Shown: in pieces, positions 21,558-30,792 of the stretch
How positions within the stretch are numbered: the first letter of the stretch is position 1
Layout: the number at the start of each line of letters is the position of its first letter
Origin: Candidatus Bathyarchaeota archaeon
GTDB lineage: Archaea; Thermoproteota; Bathyarchaeia; Bathyarchaeales; Bathycorpusculaceae
Assembly: GCA_963815095.1 (NCBI GenBank)
Contig: CAWFFH010000005.1
Span: 105,359 to 169,358, forward strand
DNA length: 64,000 nt
Direction of reading: 5' to 3'
The notes under the pieces: model-generated
Seen by the model: the letters and a program-made list of their open reading frames with translations, nothing else
Database searches by the model: none
Told to the model about the DNA's origin: nothing
Translations under genes and position numbers: made by a program

Positions 21558-22994
21558 GTGGTTGGTGCCGGACCTGCAGGATCCGGTGCGGCATATTATC
21601 TTGCAAATGCCGGTTACGATGTGATTATCATAGATAAATGCAAATTTCCCCGCGACAAAATCTGTGGTGACTTTGTTAGTCCAGTTTCACAAATTGAGCT
21701 TGCGAAACTTGGAGTTACTTGTTCCCATGAATTTAAGAATGCCAACCGAATCAGCAAAGCAGCAGTTTTTCTAGATGGTAACAAATTAGTATCTAGAGTT
21801 GTACCCAAAGTTCAAGGCTTGCCGCGTTATGGTCGTGTTTTTCCTCGCGTCCTTTTGGATAAACTTGTATTGGATTCAGCGTGCAATCAGGGAGCTGTTT
21901 TCTTGGATAGGTTGAAGGCTGTAGATATGCGCATGAAGCACAGGAGTGTTGAGTTAGACGCAGAGGGATCAGATGGCAAAAGAACCTTGAAGGCTCGTTT
22001 AGTGATTGGTGCAGATGGGAGTAATTCAACTATAGCCAGAATACTAAGAGGGCCACCTTCTAGTGCAGATAGAATCATTGCTATACGCGGATACTTCACC
22101 GATGTTGAAGGGCCATCTGACCAGGCTGACCTTCACTTTAACAAAGAGAGTTTTCCCGGTTACTGCTGGCTCTTCCCCACAGGCAGGAACCAAGCTAACG
22201 TTGGGGTTGGAGTAGTCTTAGATACGATACCAGCTGGTAATCGCCTTAAGGAACTTCTAAATCACCTTATCAAGAACAACGAACCATTGAACAAGAGACT
22301 TAAAAATGCAAAATTAGTTGGGCAAATAGGTGGATGGCCATTAACAACCTATAATCCAAGCCAGCCATTGATTGAAAACCGAGTCATGCTGGTTGGTGAC
22401 GCGGCAGGTTTAGTTAATCCATTAAATGGAGAAGGGATTCAATACGCACTTCTCAGCGGAAGATGGGCATCTGAAACTGCGCTTTCTTGTTTGAGGGCAA
22501 ACGTTTTTTCAAAAAATGCTTTGGCAGCGTACACAGAAACTGTTGACAGGGAACTTCGGTATGGGATGTCTCTTGCATCTCTAATTGTTCAATTAATTCG
22601 GAATCGTAGCTTTAGCCCGATTTGGCTGCGCTCGTTGGAATTAATGGCGGCGCGTTCACGAATTGATTCAAACTACGCAGATATAGTTGGAGGTATTCTT
22701 ATGGGAACTGTACCTCAAAACGAAGTGACCAACTTAGAGGTAGTTCGAGGAACAATTGAGCAGGCAATTTTATCCACTGGTTTGACCAATTGGTTTGAGT
22801 TGATTCAGGACCCAAGTTCGTTGGCTAGATCCGCTTTGGATGCTTTTCAAACGAGCTTTGCATTGGCTGCTCAGTTGTCGCAAAATCCTTCTGCCTTTAT
22901 GGATTGGGCTTTCAAATCAGTTTCTAGCGCAATCAACGTTGCACTTTCATCTTCCAATTATTCGGAAAGCTCTCACAAAGCATATCAGATCTAG
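21558..22994 (+). CDS. geranylgeranyl reductase family FAD oxidoreductase with C-terminal extension
   Basis: GAGPAG, FPRDKICGD, GADG, PGYCWLFP, GDAAG..NPLNGEGI; true start is probably upstream of 21558. Confidence 0.88.
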   Translation: MVGAGPAGSGAAYYLANAGYDVIIIDKCKFPRDKICGDFVSPVSQIELAKLGVTCSHEFKNANRISKAAVFLDGNKLVSRVVPKVQGLPRYGRVFPRVLLDKLVLDSACNQGAVFLDRLKAVDMRMKHRSVELDAEGSDGKRTLKARLVIGADGSNSTIARILRGPPSSADRIIAIRGYFTDVEGPSDQADLHFNKESFPGYCWLFPTGRNQANVGVGVVLDTIPAGNRLKELLNHLIKNNEPLNKRLKNAKLVGQIGGWPLTTYNPSQPLIENRVMLVGDAAGLVNPLNGEGIQYALLSGRWASETALSCLRANVFSKNALAAYTETVDRELRYGMSLASLIVQLIRNRSFSPIWLRSLELMAARSRIDSNYADIVGGILMGTVPQNEVTNLEVVRGTIEQAILSTGLTNWFELIQDPSSLARSALDAFQTSFALAAQLSQNPSAFMDWAFKSVSSAINVALSSSNYSESSHKAYQI

Positions 22995-23059
22995 TTTTGG
23001 CTTGAAAGAATTCTCAAGACTGAATAGAGAAAGGTTATCTATGATTTCTCATAAATAAG

Positions 23060-24103
23060 ATGGTGATGGTTCAACGGTTGAGCGAAACAACTCTTTCTGC
23101 AATGAGGAAAAAAGTCAACGATCGTATGCAATACTACCTTAAAAGAAACTTTGGACCAAAAACGTTAGCCTACGATCTCTTAGCTGACTATCCGACTAGA
23201 CCTGGGAAAGGAATACGTCCTCTCCTATGTCTTGCAGCGGCGGCTTCAGTTGGCGGCGACTACAACAATGCAATCGATACAGCTACTTCAATCGAACTTC
23301 TTCATAATTCTTTTTTAATAAAGGATGATATTGTTGATCAGTCGATCTATCGCCGAGGCGATCTTACATTGAATCGAAAGTATGGTCTTGCTTTGGCAGC
23401 AAACGCTGGCGACGCTGTGAAAATCCTGGCGATGTCTCCGTTAATCGACAACTTATCGTCGATTGGCGTACGCAAATCACTGCAGATTATTTTGGAAATC
23501 CAGGAAACAGCGCGACGAAGTGTTGAGGGGCAAATAAAAGAATTGACATTCGTTAAAGATAACAGGGTAGATTTGACGCCTGAAGATTACTTCAGCATTT
23601 GCGAAAACAAAACATGCTGGTACACAATCATCACTCCCTGCCGAACGGGGATAATCATAGGTTTAGATGAAGCGACTCCAAAACAGTTAGATGCAATAAC
23701 TAGATACTCTCTCTATACTGGAATAGCCTTCCAAATAACTGATGATACACTCAACCTAACAGCTTCACAGAATCTTTACGGCAAAGAAATCGACGGCGAT
23801 ATTCTAGAGGGAAAAAGAACACTGATGCTCATACACACCCTCAACTCCAGCGATGCCGAGGAGAGAAGTCGTATTCAAAAAATCTTAGCAAAGCCTCGAG
23901 ATGTCAAAACAGAGACCGACATTGAATACATTCGAGGTCTAATGCAAAAATACGAAGCTATAGAGTACGCTGTGAAAATAGCAAAACAATTCGCAAGTAA
24001 AGCCAGGACCGTTTTGTTAAATGAATGTGACTGGATGATTGAAAAAAAGTGGAAAGACTTTTTTCTTGAACAGACCAATTACCTTGTTCAGCGGAAAAAA
24101 TAA
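23060..24103 (+). CDS. polyprenyl (GGPP-like) synthetase
   Basis: GKGIRP, DDIVD..YRRG, GQ, KT, FQITDDTLN, GDILEGKRT motifs. Confidence 0.92.
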   Translation: MVMVQRLSETTLSAMRKKVNDRMQYYLKRNFGPKTLAYDLLADYPTRPGKGIRPLLCLAAAASVGGDYNNAIDTATSIELLHNSFLIKDDIVDQSIYRRGDLTLNRKYGLALAANAGDAVKILAMSPLIDNLSSIGVRKSLQIILEIQETARRSVEGQIKELTFVKDNRVDLTPEDYFSICENKTCWYTIITPCRTGIIIGLDEATPKQLDAITRYSLYTGIAFQITDDTLNLTASQNLYGKEIDGDILEGKRTLMLIHTLNSSDAEERSRIQKILAKPRDVKTETDIEYIRGLMQKYEAIEYAVKIAKQFASKARTVLLNECDWMIEKKWKDFFLEQTNYLVQRKK

Positions 24104-24120
24104 ATACGTTAACATGTTAC

Positions 24121-24555
24121 ATGGAAGTGGAGATAACGGTGAGCGACCAAACAACAAAAAAAACAAACGCAAAAGCCAAACATGCGACTGAGGCAAACCC
24201 TAAAACAGTTATGCCTAACCCAAAAACGGTTCAGAAAGCCGTAGACCAAATTGTAAATACACTAAACAACCCCGAATACAAAGACCAACTAACCAAGTTG
24301 ACTCAAGCTTCAGTTAACACCACAGTTCAGACAGCCCAGAGATTTAGTAAAGCTACTACAAAAATGAGTAAACTAAACAACGAAGAAATGACTGAATTAG
24401 TCAGCAACTCAGTTAGCGACATGATGCGCCTCTACATTCAGTTTAACTCTGAGCTTCTAACCCTCATCCAAAAAGTTTCAAACCGAGCAGTAGATATTAT
24501 AGAAAAAGCAACACCAACATCAGAAGAAACTCCCACTGAGCAGTTAGCCCAATGA
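24121..24555 (+). CDS. hypothetical helical protein
   Basis: ORF inside the operon, overlapping the next start (ATGA). Confidence 0.7.
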   Translation: MEVEITVSDQTTKKTNAKAKHATEANPKTVMPNPKTVQKAVDQIVNTLNNPEYKDQLTKLTQASVNTTVQTAQRFSKATTKMSKLNNEEMTELVSNSVSDMMRLYIQFNSELLTLIQKVSNRAVDIIEKATPTSEETPTEQLAQ

Positions 24556-25679
24556 CTTTATACCGTGTAGAAGACACGGCCAGCGTTGATGCTTTCACAT
24601 TACCATCACTTTTCGACATAAAAGCTAGGTTCTATCAGGAATGGCATGATTTCGTTTTCTTTGACCGAAAAACAGGCATATTTGGTTTGCTAAACTTTGG
24701 AGTTCATGGAAACCCTTATGACTCCAAACGTGGATGGGGCTCAGTTCTTTCCTACATTGTAGATCCAACTCAAAAGATATTTTCTGAACTAAAGCTAATT
24801 CCCATGAGTCAACTCCACGTTACATCATTCACCCCCAACTTTATCGGAGACAACTTCTCAGTGGTTCTCTTGAAGAACAATTCATTTGACGTTATAGGAA
24901 AGATGGAAAAGACTTCTTTTGACCTAAACTTTAAGGTTGTTTCACCGCCTGTAACTGACAAAGACATATTCATGGAAGTTCTAAAGGAGCAAAATCCCAA
25001 TTCGAAAATGCTGTTGGCTGCCCAAGAGATGAATCGCCAATGGGAAAGTTGGGTTGAGCTGCCAAGATTATTCGTTAAAGGCAAATTAGAAATTAACAAG
25101 AAGACTTACTCAATTAAGACTAATCAGGGATATCAGGATCATGAAGGTGGATGCTTCGACATTGGGATGACTTGGGGTTGGGATACCGGCGTAATCTTTT
25201 GTGATCCACTTGCTGTTGATGAACCTGGACGAGTCGATTTTCTTATTTACCGCTATGGTCCTTCAAACGATTTTTCATACGGCGGCGTATTCCTTGAAAC
25301 AAAAGATGGAAAAAGGCAATTCTTCGACAATTCCAAGATGAAAATCACTTCTACAGGAAGCTTCAATGGTAGCCTAAGCATTATGCCTGCAATAACACAA
25401 ATACTCTACCCAGATTACCGCCCCTCCCTTCCGAAAAACAGAACATTTTCAGTCACCAAAGGGACCGACAAACTTGAAGTTGTTTTTACTCCAAAAGCCG
25501 TTTGTAGCATAGTCAACACCAGCATCGTGACTTCTTCAGAAATTGTTTTTAATGAAATGTTCTGTGAAGCACATCTAACTGCAGAAGTTGCAGGCAATAC
25601 CTACGAGAGCGTTCTTCCATGTTGGTATGAATCTGTTCGACCAAGAAAGAGAGTGGAAAACTATGCCATTGACGCTTGA
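24552..25679 (+). CDS. hypothetical protein, possible CrtC/AttH/tocopherol-cyclase-like fold
   Basis: YQEWHDF near the N-terminus and GYQDHEGG..WGWD resemble EWxYF / GYxDHxWG motifs of that clan. Confidence 0.5.
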   Translation: MTLYRVEDTASVDAFTLPSLFDIKARFYQEWHDFVFFDRKTGIFGLLNFGVHGNPYDSKRGWGSVLSYIVDPTQKIFSELKLIPMSQLHVTSFTPNFIGDNFSVVLLKNNSFDVIGKMEKTSFDLNFKVVSPPVTDKDIFMEVLKEQNPNSKMLLAAQEMNRQWESWVELPRLFVKGKLEINKKTYSIKTNQGYQDHEGGCFDIGMTWGWDTGVIFCDPLAVDEPGRVDFLIYRYGPSNDFSYGGVFLETKDGKRQFFDNSKMKITSTGSFNGSLSIMPAITQILYPDYRPSLPKNRTFSVTKGTDKLEVVFTPKAVCSIVNTSIVTSSEIVFNEMFCEAHLTAEVAGNTYESVLPCWYESVRPRKRVENYAIDA

Positions 25680-26061
25680 ACAGTTTTTGAATGAGTTGCT
25701 AGCGTTGATGAAACAAGATTATCCTCGTCATTTTCAAAGAATGGTCGCTGATTCAAAAGGTTTGACTTGGTTTCAAACACTTGACAATGAAAAAACTTTG
25801 ATTCGAGTCATAGTCGATGATGTTGTTATCGGTTGTCAAAATTTGCCAAAGAATGTTAATGTTCAAATAAATCTCACTAGAAAGTCTTTGTTTGATCTTC
25901 TTGAAGGCAAAATAACTCTTGATAAAGCGCTTCAAACCAAAGAAGTTGAAGCCTTTGGCGAACCAGCCACACTACTAAAGTGCTACAGAATTTTTGAGCA
26001 GATCTTGCTACTTTCGAGATTGTCGCCTCGTTTTTATTTCCTGACATATAGATTACGGTAA
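25663..26061 (+). CDS. SCP2 sterol/lipid-binding domain-like protein
   Basis: LFDLLEGKITLDKALQTKEVEAFG matches the SCP2 C-terminal pattern; ATG overlaps the previous gene's end. Confidence 0.6.
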   Translation: MPLTLEQFLNELLALMKQDYPRHFQRMVADSKGLTWFQTLDNEKTLIRVIVDDVVIGCQNLPKNVNVQINLTRKSLFDLLEGKITLDKALQTKEVEAFGEPATLLKCYRIFEQILLLSRLSPRFYFLTYRLR

Positions 26062-26193
26062 GACATTTCTTGGGCATGCAAAGATGATCTTTTTTCCAAC
26101 ATCATTGAAACCAAGTTATCGCTTGTGTAGTTTAATCAGACTTAACACAAACGATAAATAACAATAATCCTCTATAGAAATGGGGCTGAGTAA

Positions 26194-27387
26194 TTGAGCA
26201 ATAGCTCGAAAACAAAAAAACTTTTAGACGCTAAAGAAATAATCACTGATAAAAAAGCAAACGCAGTCATTGCGTCACAAAATGACAAAATTTGTATTCC
26301 TATTCCAAAGATGGAAACGCAAAAAGTCTGCGTGAATCTACCAAAAATAGAAGTAGACACTCAAAAAGTTTGTTTTGATCTACCTAAAATCCCAATCAAA
26401 GGTTGCGATTGTCCTCCACCTCAGATGCGTTGTAGTCGGGAAGAAAAAGTCACAACCCGTGCCGTCATACCAAAATCCGAAATTGCATCCAGCATTGGCG
26501 GACCTCTTACTATTGCTGAAATAGAAATTGGAGAAGTATCGATTCCCAATTTGCGGTTAAAAAACTTTAGTGGGAAATTCACGTACGATTCCTGCAAAGC
26601 AAAAAATGTGGAATTGGAGATTACCCTATCTATTAGTACAACATTTTCCGGCAACATTGATTTACCTTGGCCTATCTGTTGGTCAGACTTTTGCTATGGC
26701 GTTTCAGGTGGGGTAGATTTTGATTCATATGTTGAGAAACACTCTCTGGGGGACATTTTGTTTGGCGCAGGGCAATTTTCTATGCTTTCTCCATCAACAA
26801 ACATTGGACCTTTCTCAATGACACCTGATCCTATAAGAGAAACTAAAATTGATGAAGTAACCGCCAAAAATATCCAAATGAAATGTACCAGCATTCCACT
26901 TGATACCCCTCTAGGCATCAACATTGGACTTTGCCTTCCAATACCCAATCCTATGGGTCCAAATGATATAGCAACTGATCTAACAAGCATTGACGAAATG
27001 GATTCAACTGGAATTTCAAGCCCGCAAGCATCAATGAAAAATATAACTGCCTTAAATGTTAATATTCCGTCTGTTACTACTCAAGGCTTTGAAGCTCAAT
27101 CATCAACTGCAATTACAATATCAACTTCTAAACAAATGTATGGAACAGGAGTTACCCTTAAGGGTGACGCAGACAGAGCCCACATCACAGGCGTATTAAC
27201 TCTTCATGTTAGCAACACGATAATGAGAGTCAAAGGCGGCTTAGAATTTAAAAACGTAAATGGCTCAGTTACAACAGATTCAGCGATTGCAGACAAACTT
27301 GACCTAAACTTGGTTTTAAAAGGCATCAAAATTAAGGGGCTAAACCTATGTGGCATGAAAATCCCGGAGATAGAGGTGGTAATGTAA
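26194..27387 (+). CDS. hypothetical beta-rich protein with N-terminal Cys-containing repeats
   Basis: 397-aa ORF; repeats KICIPIPK / KVCVNLPK / KVCFDLPK. Confidence 0.75.
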   Translation: MSNSSKTKKLLDAKEIITDKKANAVIASQNDKICIPIPKMETQKVCVNLPKIEVDTQKVCFDLPKIPIKGCDCPPPQMRCSREEKVTTRAVIPKSEIASSIGGPLTIAEIEIGEVSIPNLRLKNFSGKFTYDSCKAKNVELEITLSISTTFSGNIDLPWPICWSDFCYGVSGGVDFDSYVEKHSLGDILFGAGQFSMLSPSTNIGPFSMTPDPIRETKIDEVTAKNIQMKCTSIPLDTPLGINIGLCLPIPNPMGPNDIATDLTSIDEMDSTGISSPQASMKNITALNVNIPSVTTQGFEAQSSTAITISTSKQMYGTGVTLKGDADRAHITGVLTLHVSNTIMRVKGGLEFKNVNGSVTTDSAIADKLDLNLVLKGIKIKGLNLCGMKIPEIEVVM

Positions 27388-27668
27388 TGAGCAGAAGCCT
27401 AAGCGACAAACCAAAGCTAAAGATTGAGGAAATTGCAAAAAGAGAAAAAATAATGAAATCAGTAATGGATCAGAAAAGAACCGGAAAAATCGATATAAAA
27501 GCCACCTTTGACTTGATACATCTTAGCATCTATCCACTTTTGGAAAACCGCGAAGCGGTGGAAGAAGACATGAAGCAGCTCAAAAAAATGCTCGATGAAA
27601 CAGCATGCCGTATTTGTGAAATAATCGATAAATCAAAAAGAAAAACCCAAAATAATACACCACAATAA
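27387..27668 (+). CDS. hypothetical protein
   Basis: ATG overlaps the previous stop (TAATG), GAGGTG upstream. Confidence 0.65.
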   Translation: MSRSLSDKPKLKIEEIAKREKIMKSVMDQKRTGKIDIKATFDLIHLSIYPLLENREAVEEDMKQLKKMLDETACRICEIIDKSKRKTQNNTPQ

Positions 27669-27924
27669 CCAAAAATAACGCTAACTTCAAGATTTCTATT
27701 CTTTTTTAACTTAGATTCCTACTAAATTTTCCAAAATTATGTCCTTTGAAGTTCAAACCCTGATTTTCTTTTGTTTGTCTGGACTATAACTAATTTTTCA
27801 GCGGACAATTTTTTGGGCGTATAACCAACTATCATGAGTGTTAATGAGCTGGTTACACCGACTATCTGTATTACTCTCAATTCTATTATTTCTTTTAGTT
27901 TATTCAGGATCTGGAGCTTTTATT

Positions 27925-28103
27925 TGGTGGGGCCGGCCGGATTTGAACCGACGACCTTTACCCAACAATGGCGCATAGTCCAAAGTTTACGGGTTTCTCT
28001 ATGACCGCTCCGGAAATTCGTCATTCTCCTCGCGGAGTCAGCAAACCCGTTATATGGTGTTGCTTCTGGAGCCCGTCGTCATACCTGTCTAGACTACGAC
28101 CCC
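27925..28103 (-). tRNA. tRNA-Trp(CCA) with two introns (37/38, 71 nt, 27995-28065; 43/44, 31 nt, 27958-27988)
   Basis: Removing both segments gives a 77-nt cloverleaf: GGGGTCG acceptor, ACGGG-CTCCAGA-CCCGT anticodon arm, AGGTC variable loop, GGTTCAAATCC T-arm, CCA. Confidence 0.9.
27995..28065 (-). ncRNA. intron-encoded box C/D-like guide RNA in pre-tRNA-Trp
   Basis: CTGA (D'), ATGACGA (C'), guide ACGGGTTT complementary to the anticodon 3' stem, guide TTCCGGAGC nearly complementary to the anticodon loop. Confidence 0.7.
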
Positions 28104-28200
28104 ACCCTGCTAGGCAGTAACCAAATAGTTTACCTGCATCCATAAAAATATTTCATTAACGCCTCAGCACTTCTAACAAGGCAAAGAAAACTGTGGAAAA

Positions 28201-28533
28201 CTATTTGATTGAAACTAACTCAAATTTTTTGAGTAGAGACCCAGATTGCTTCATAAATTGTAGGCTATGGCGAAGTTTTGTATCGTTCAATGAAAGTTCT
28301 GTTAGCTCCCTCTCAAGGTCGCTGCTAAGTTGACCAGTAAACACTTTGATGGTTGCACGGTAAATCTTCGCTTTTTTTATCTTACCCAAATCAAGCCCCT
28401 CCGCAGCATCCAAACAGAAAGGAACCCCGTCATCAATGTTCTGCGCATCAAGATGACGCTCCTGAAGATTAACCTTGATAACACGAATACGCCTCACAAC
28501 AGACTCAGTAAACTTCCACTCAGGGCTAGACAT
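28201..28533 (-). CDS. hypothetical protein
   Basis: 110-aa ORF with ATG start and natural composition. Confidence 0.6.
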   Translation of the reverse strand: MSSPEWKFTESVVRRIRVIKVNLQERHLDAQNIDDGVPFCLDAAEGLDLGKIKKAKIYRATIKVFTGQLSSDLERELTELSLNDTKLRHSLQFMKQSGSLLKKFELVSIK

Positions 28534-28984
28534 ATTTCATCAACATTCTCAAACAACAAACTTCCATTTTTACTTAACTGAATATAGACAGTAATCCGCT
28601 CTCGAAGAATACCCAAAAATTATTTCGTTAATTTAAAAAGAGTTTTTTGGTTCCGCCCAGTTATGACCAATTCCCCAACCAACAGTTGTAACAACAATCA
28701 ATATTAAACCAAAAAAGCAGCTGAAGAAGTTGCTGCTGCAACAACGATCTGCAAATCAAAGTTGCATCTACCAAGCCAAACCAGTTTTCCCTAAAAGAGA
28801 CGTAGGTCAGTATTGGCGATTTCTGCCCGCACTAACCTATTAAAAATCATGATTAAAACCCCTGCAAGAAATCGTTGAATACACAAATCAATGGTGCTGT
28901 CCATGAAAAACCGCTATCAAACGCGCATCTTTCAAAAACTAAACACAAGGTATATATGGGATTGTATTGCAGTTATGTTTCGTC

Positions 28985-29100
28985 TGCCGGTCAAAGGGCA
29001 CGGGTTCCACCTGATCCCATTCCGAACTCAGAAGTTAAACCGTGTTCCGTTTCCAGCTGTAGTGTGGTCTTAGGCCACGTGAACCTGGGAAAGCTGGCAA
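28985..29100 (+). rRNA. rrf: 5S rRNA (unlinked)
   Basis: TGCCGG...CTGGCA terminal helix and conserved CCTGATCCCATTCCGAACTCAGAAGTTAA core. Confidence 0.93.
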
Positions 29101-29191
29101 CATTTCTACTTATCCCTAAATTCTTCGGTGCAATTTGGCATAGCCTTATATCTAACCGAAAGTAGTTTTTGAAAGAAGTGGTGCACAAACA

Positions 29192-30301
29192 GTGAGTCTT
29201 ATTCCAGGAAGCGATTCAATTACTCAGATTATCAGTTTACTATCATACGTGTTCTTTATAGTGTTAATTTTCTACGGTCAACGTATCCAAATGTACGTTA
29301 TGATCCGCGAAGTAGAAAACAACCTCCATAAACTGCGGCACATCAAGGAGGAGGGTAGAAAGACCGCCATCGAAACCCTCAAAGAAATCGGCAAACCCAC
29401 AACCGACCCAGCTCCACGCGTTGACCGCTATCTTGATTACTTCACTATCGGGCCCCAAAACATGGATCCAGCAGGCATCGTCAACAAACTCGACCACGTC
29501 CTAGATGTTCGAGACGAACGTCTAAAAGAAGAAGTCAGACTCATGGCTCCAGCAGTCCAAAACGACGACGTCCAAATTAACAACCTCGAAAACACCCTTG
29601 AAGCTGCTATGGCACTCAACTTCATCTACAAAGTCGTCCGTCACTATTACATCCAAGGCAAAAAAACCCTCAGCCTCTACGTTATCATGCAACTTCAAAT
29701 GATCTTGCCTATGGTTATGAAAGAAGCAGATGCCTACAGTAGCGCCCTCAAAGCCTTCGCATATGGACAACCCATCGGAGACGGCGCAGGACCACTAGTC
29801 GCAGGCAAACTCATGCATGGCTACGAAACACGCAAAGTAGGCAAAGATTGTGTTGTTGCAACAGTTCCATTCGAAGGACGCGTAGCATATGTCCTTAAAG
29901 CTGAAGGACCAGGCGGAAACGTCGGCAAACCAGGCGAAGCAATCGTACAAGTCATAGATGAAAACGAAGGCAAAATCGGCTGCCTCATCATGATTGATGC
30001 AGGTCTCAAATTGGAAGGCGAGCTCGTCGGTGAGGTTTCCGAAGGCATTGGCGCAGCCATCGGCGGACCAGGTGTAGATGCATTCAAAATTGAAGAATCA
30101 CTAACCAAATACAAAATACCCAACTATGCAGTTATCGTCAAAGAAGACATAGGCGACGCAGTTTCCCCTATGCGTAAAGAAATCCACGATGCAACCGACA
30201 AAGTCATCGAACGCCTCAAAGCCGTCGTCCTCGAACGCACCAAAGAAGGCGACAAAGTCATAATCGTCGGCGTTGGCAACTCCATCGGAGTTGGACAATA
30301 A
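29192..30301 (+). CDS. DUF1512 family protein
   Basis: DPAGIV, PIGDGAGP, KAEGPGGNVG.PG, IDAGLKLEGE, GVGNSIGVGQ motifs. Confidence 0.85.
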   Translation: MSLIPGSDSITQIISLLSYVFFIVLIFYGQRIQMYVMIREVENNLHKLRHIKEEGRKTAIETLKEIGKPTTDPAPRVDRYLDYFTIGPQNMDPAGIVNKLDHVLDVRDERLKEEVRLMAPAVQNDDVQINNLENTLEAAMALNFIYKVVRHYYIQGKKTLSLYVIMQLQMILPMVMKEADAYSSALKAFAYGQPIGDGAGPLVAGKLMHGYETRKVGKDCVVATVPFEGRVAYVLKAEGPGGNVGKPGEAIVQVIDENEGKIGCLIMIDAGLKLEGELVGEVSEGIGAAIGGPGVDAFKIEESLTKYKIPNYAVIVKEDIGDAVSPMRKEIHDATDKVIERLKAVVLERTKEGDKVIIVGVGNSIGVGQ

Positions 30302-30303
30302 AG

Positions 30304-30759
30304 GTGAAGAACATGATTCAAAATCAAACTAAAACAACACCAAACTCTGCAAACAAAAACATAGCCAACTACCTAACCCTAATAGTCTTAATCGTCGTCG
30401 CACTTGCAATAGTTGCCCTTGCAACAGCCGCAAGCATCTACATCAGCGCTCCAAATGACGCAAACAGCGTGCTTACTGCAGGAGCTTTCGGCGTCATCGG
30501 TGCAGTGGCGTTATCTATGTCGATTTTCACCTTCTACCAATCAAGACGCCAAGTTGCACAGATGAAAATTGAAGTTCCAAAAGTCATGACCACCATCGGA
30601 TGCGTAAAGAACTGCGACTCCAAAAACGTCCGAGAATTCCAACGCGGCGACTACGTCTACAAGGAACTTGAAACTTCCTGCCAAAAATGCGGCGGCAAAC
30701 AAATGATAACAGGCATCTTTAAAGAAGTTAAAGAAAAGGAAAAAACCTTCAACGTTTAA
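30304..30759 (+). CDS. membrane protein with C-terminal zinc ribbon
   Basis: Two TM helices, C..C..REFQRGDYV..CQKCGG. Confidence 0.75.
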   Translation: MKNMIQNQTKTTPNSANKNIANYLTLIVLIVVALAIVALATAASIYISAPNDANSVLTAGAFGVIGAVALSMSIFTFYQSRRQVAQMKIEVPKVMTTIGCVKNCDSKNVREFQRGDYVYKELETSCQKCGGKQMITGIFKEVKEKEKTFNV

Positions 30760-30792
30760 CTTTCTTATTTTTTATTAACTTTTTATTTTTTT

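Noticed and set aside
28875-29188. ORFs 28875-29165, 28891-29073 and 28991-29188
   Set aside because: They overlap the 5S rRNA; spurious translations.
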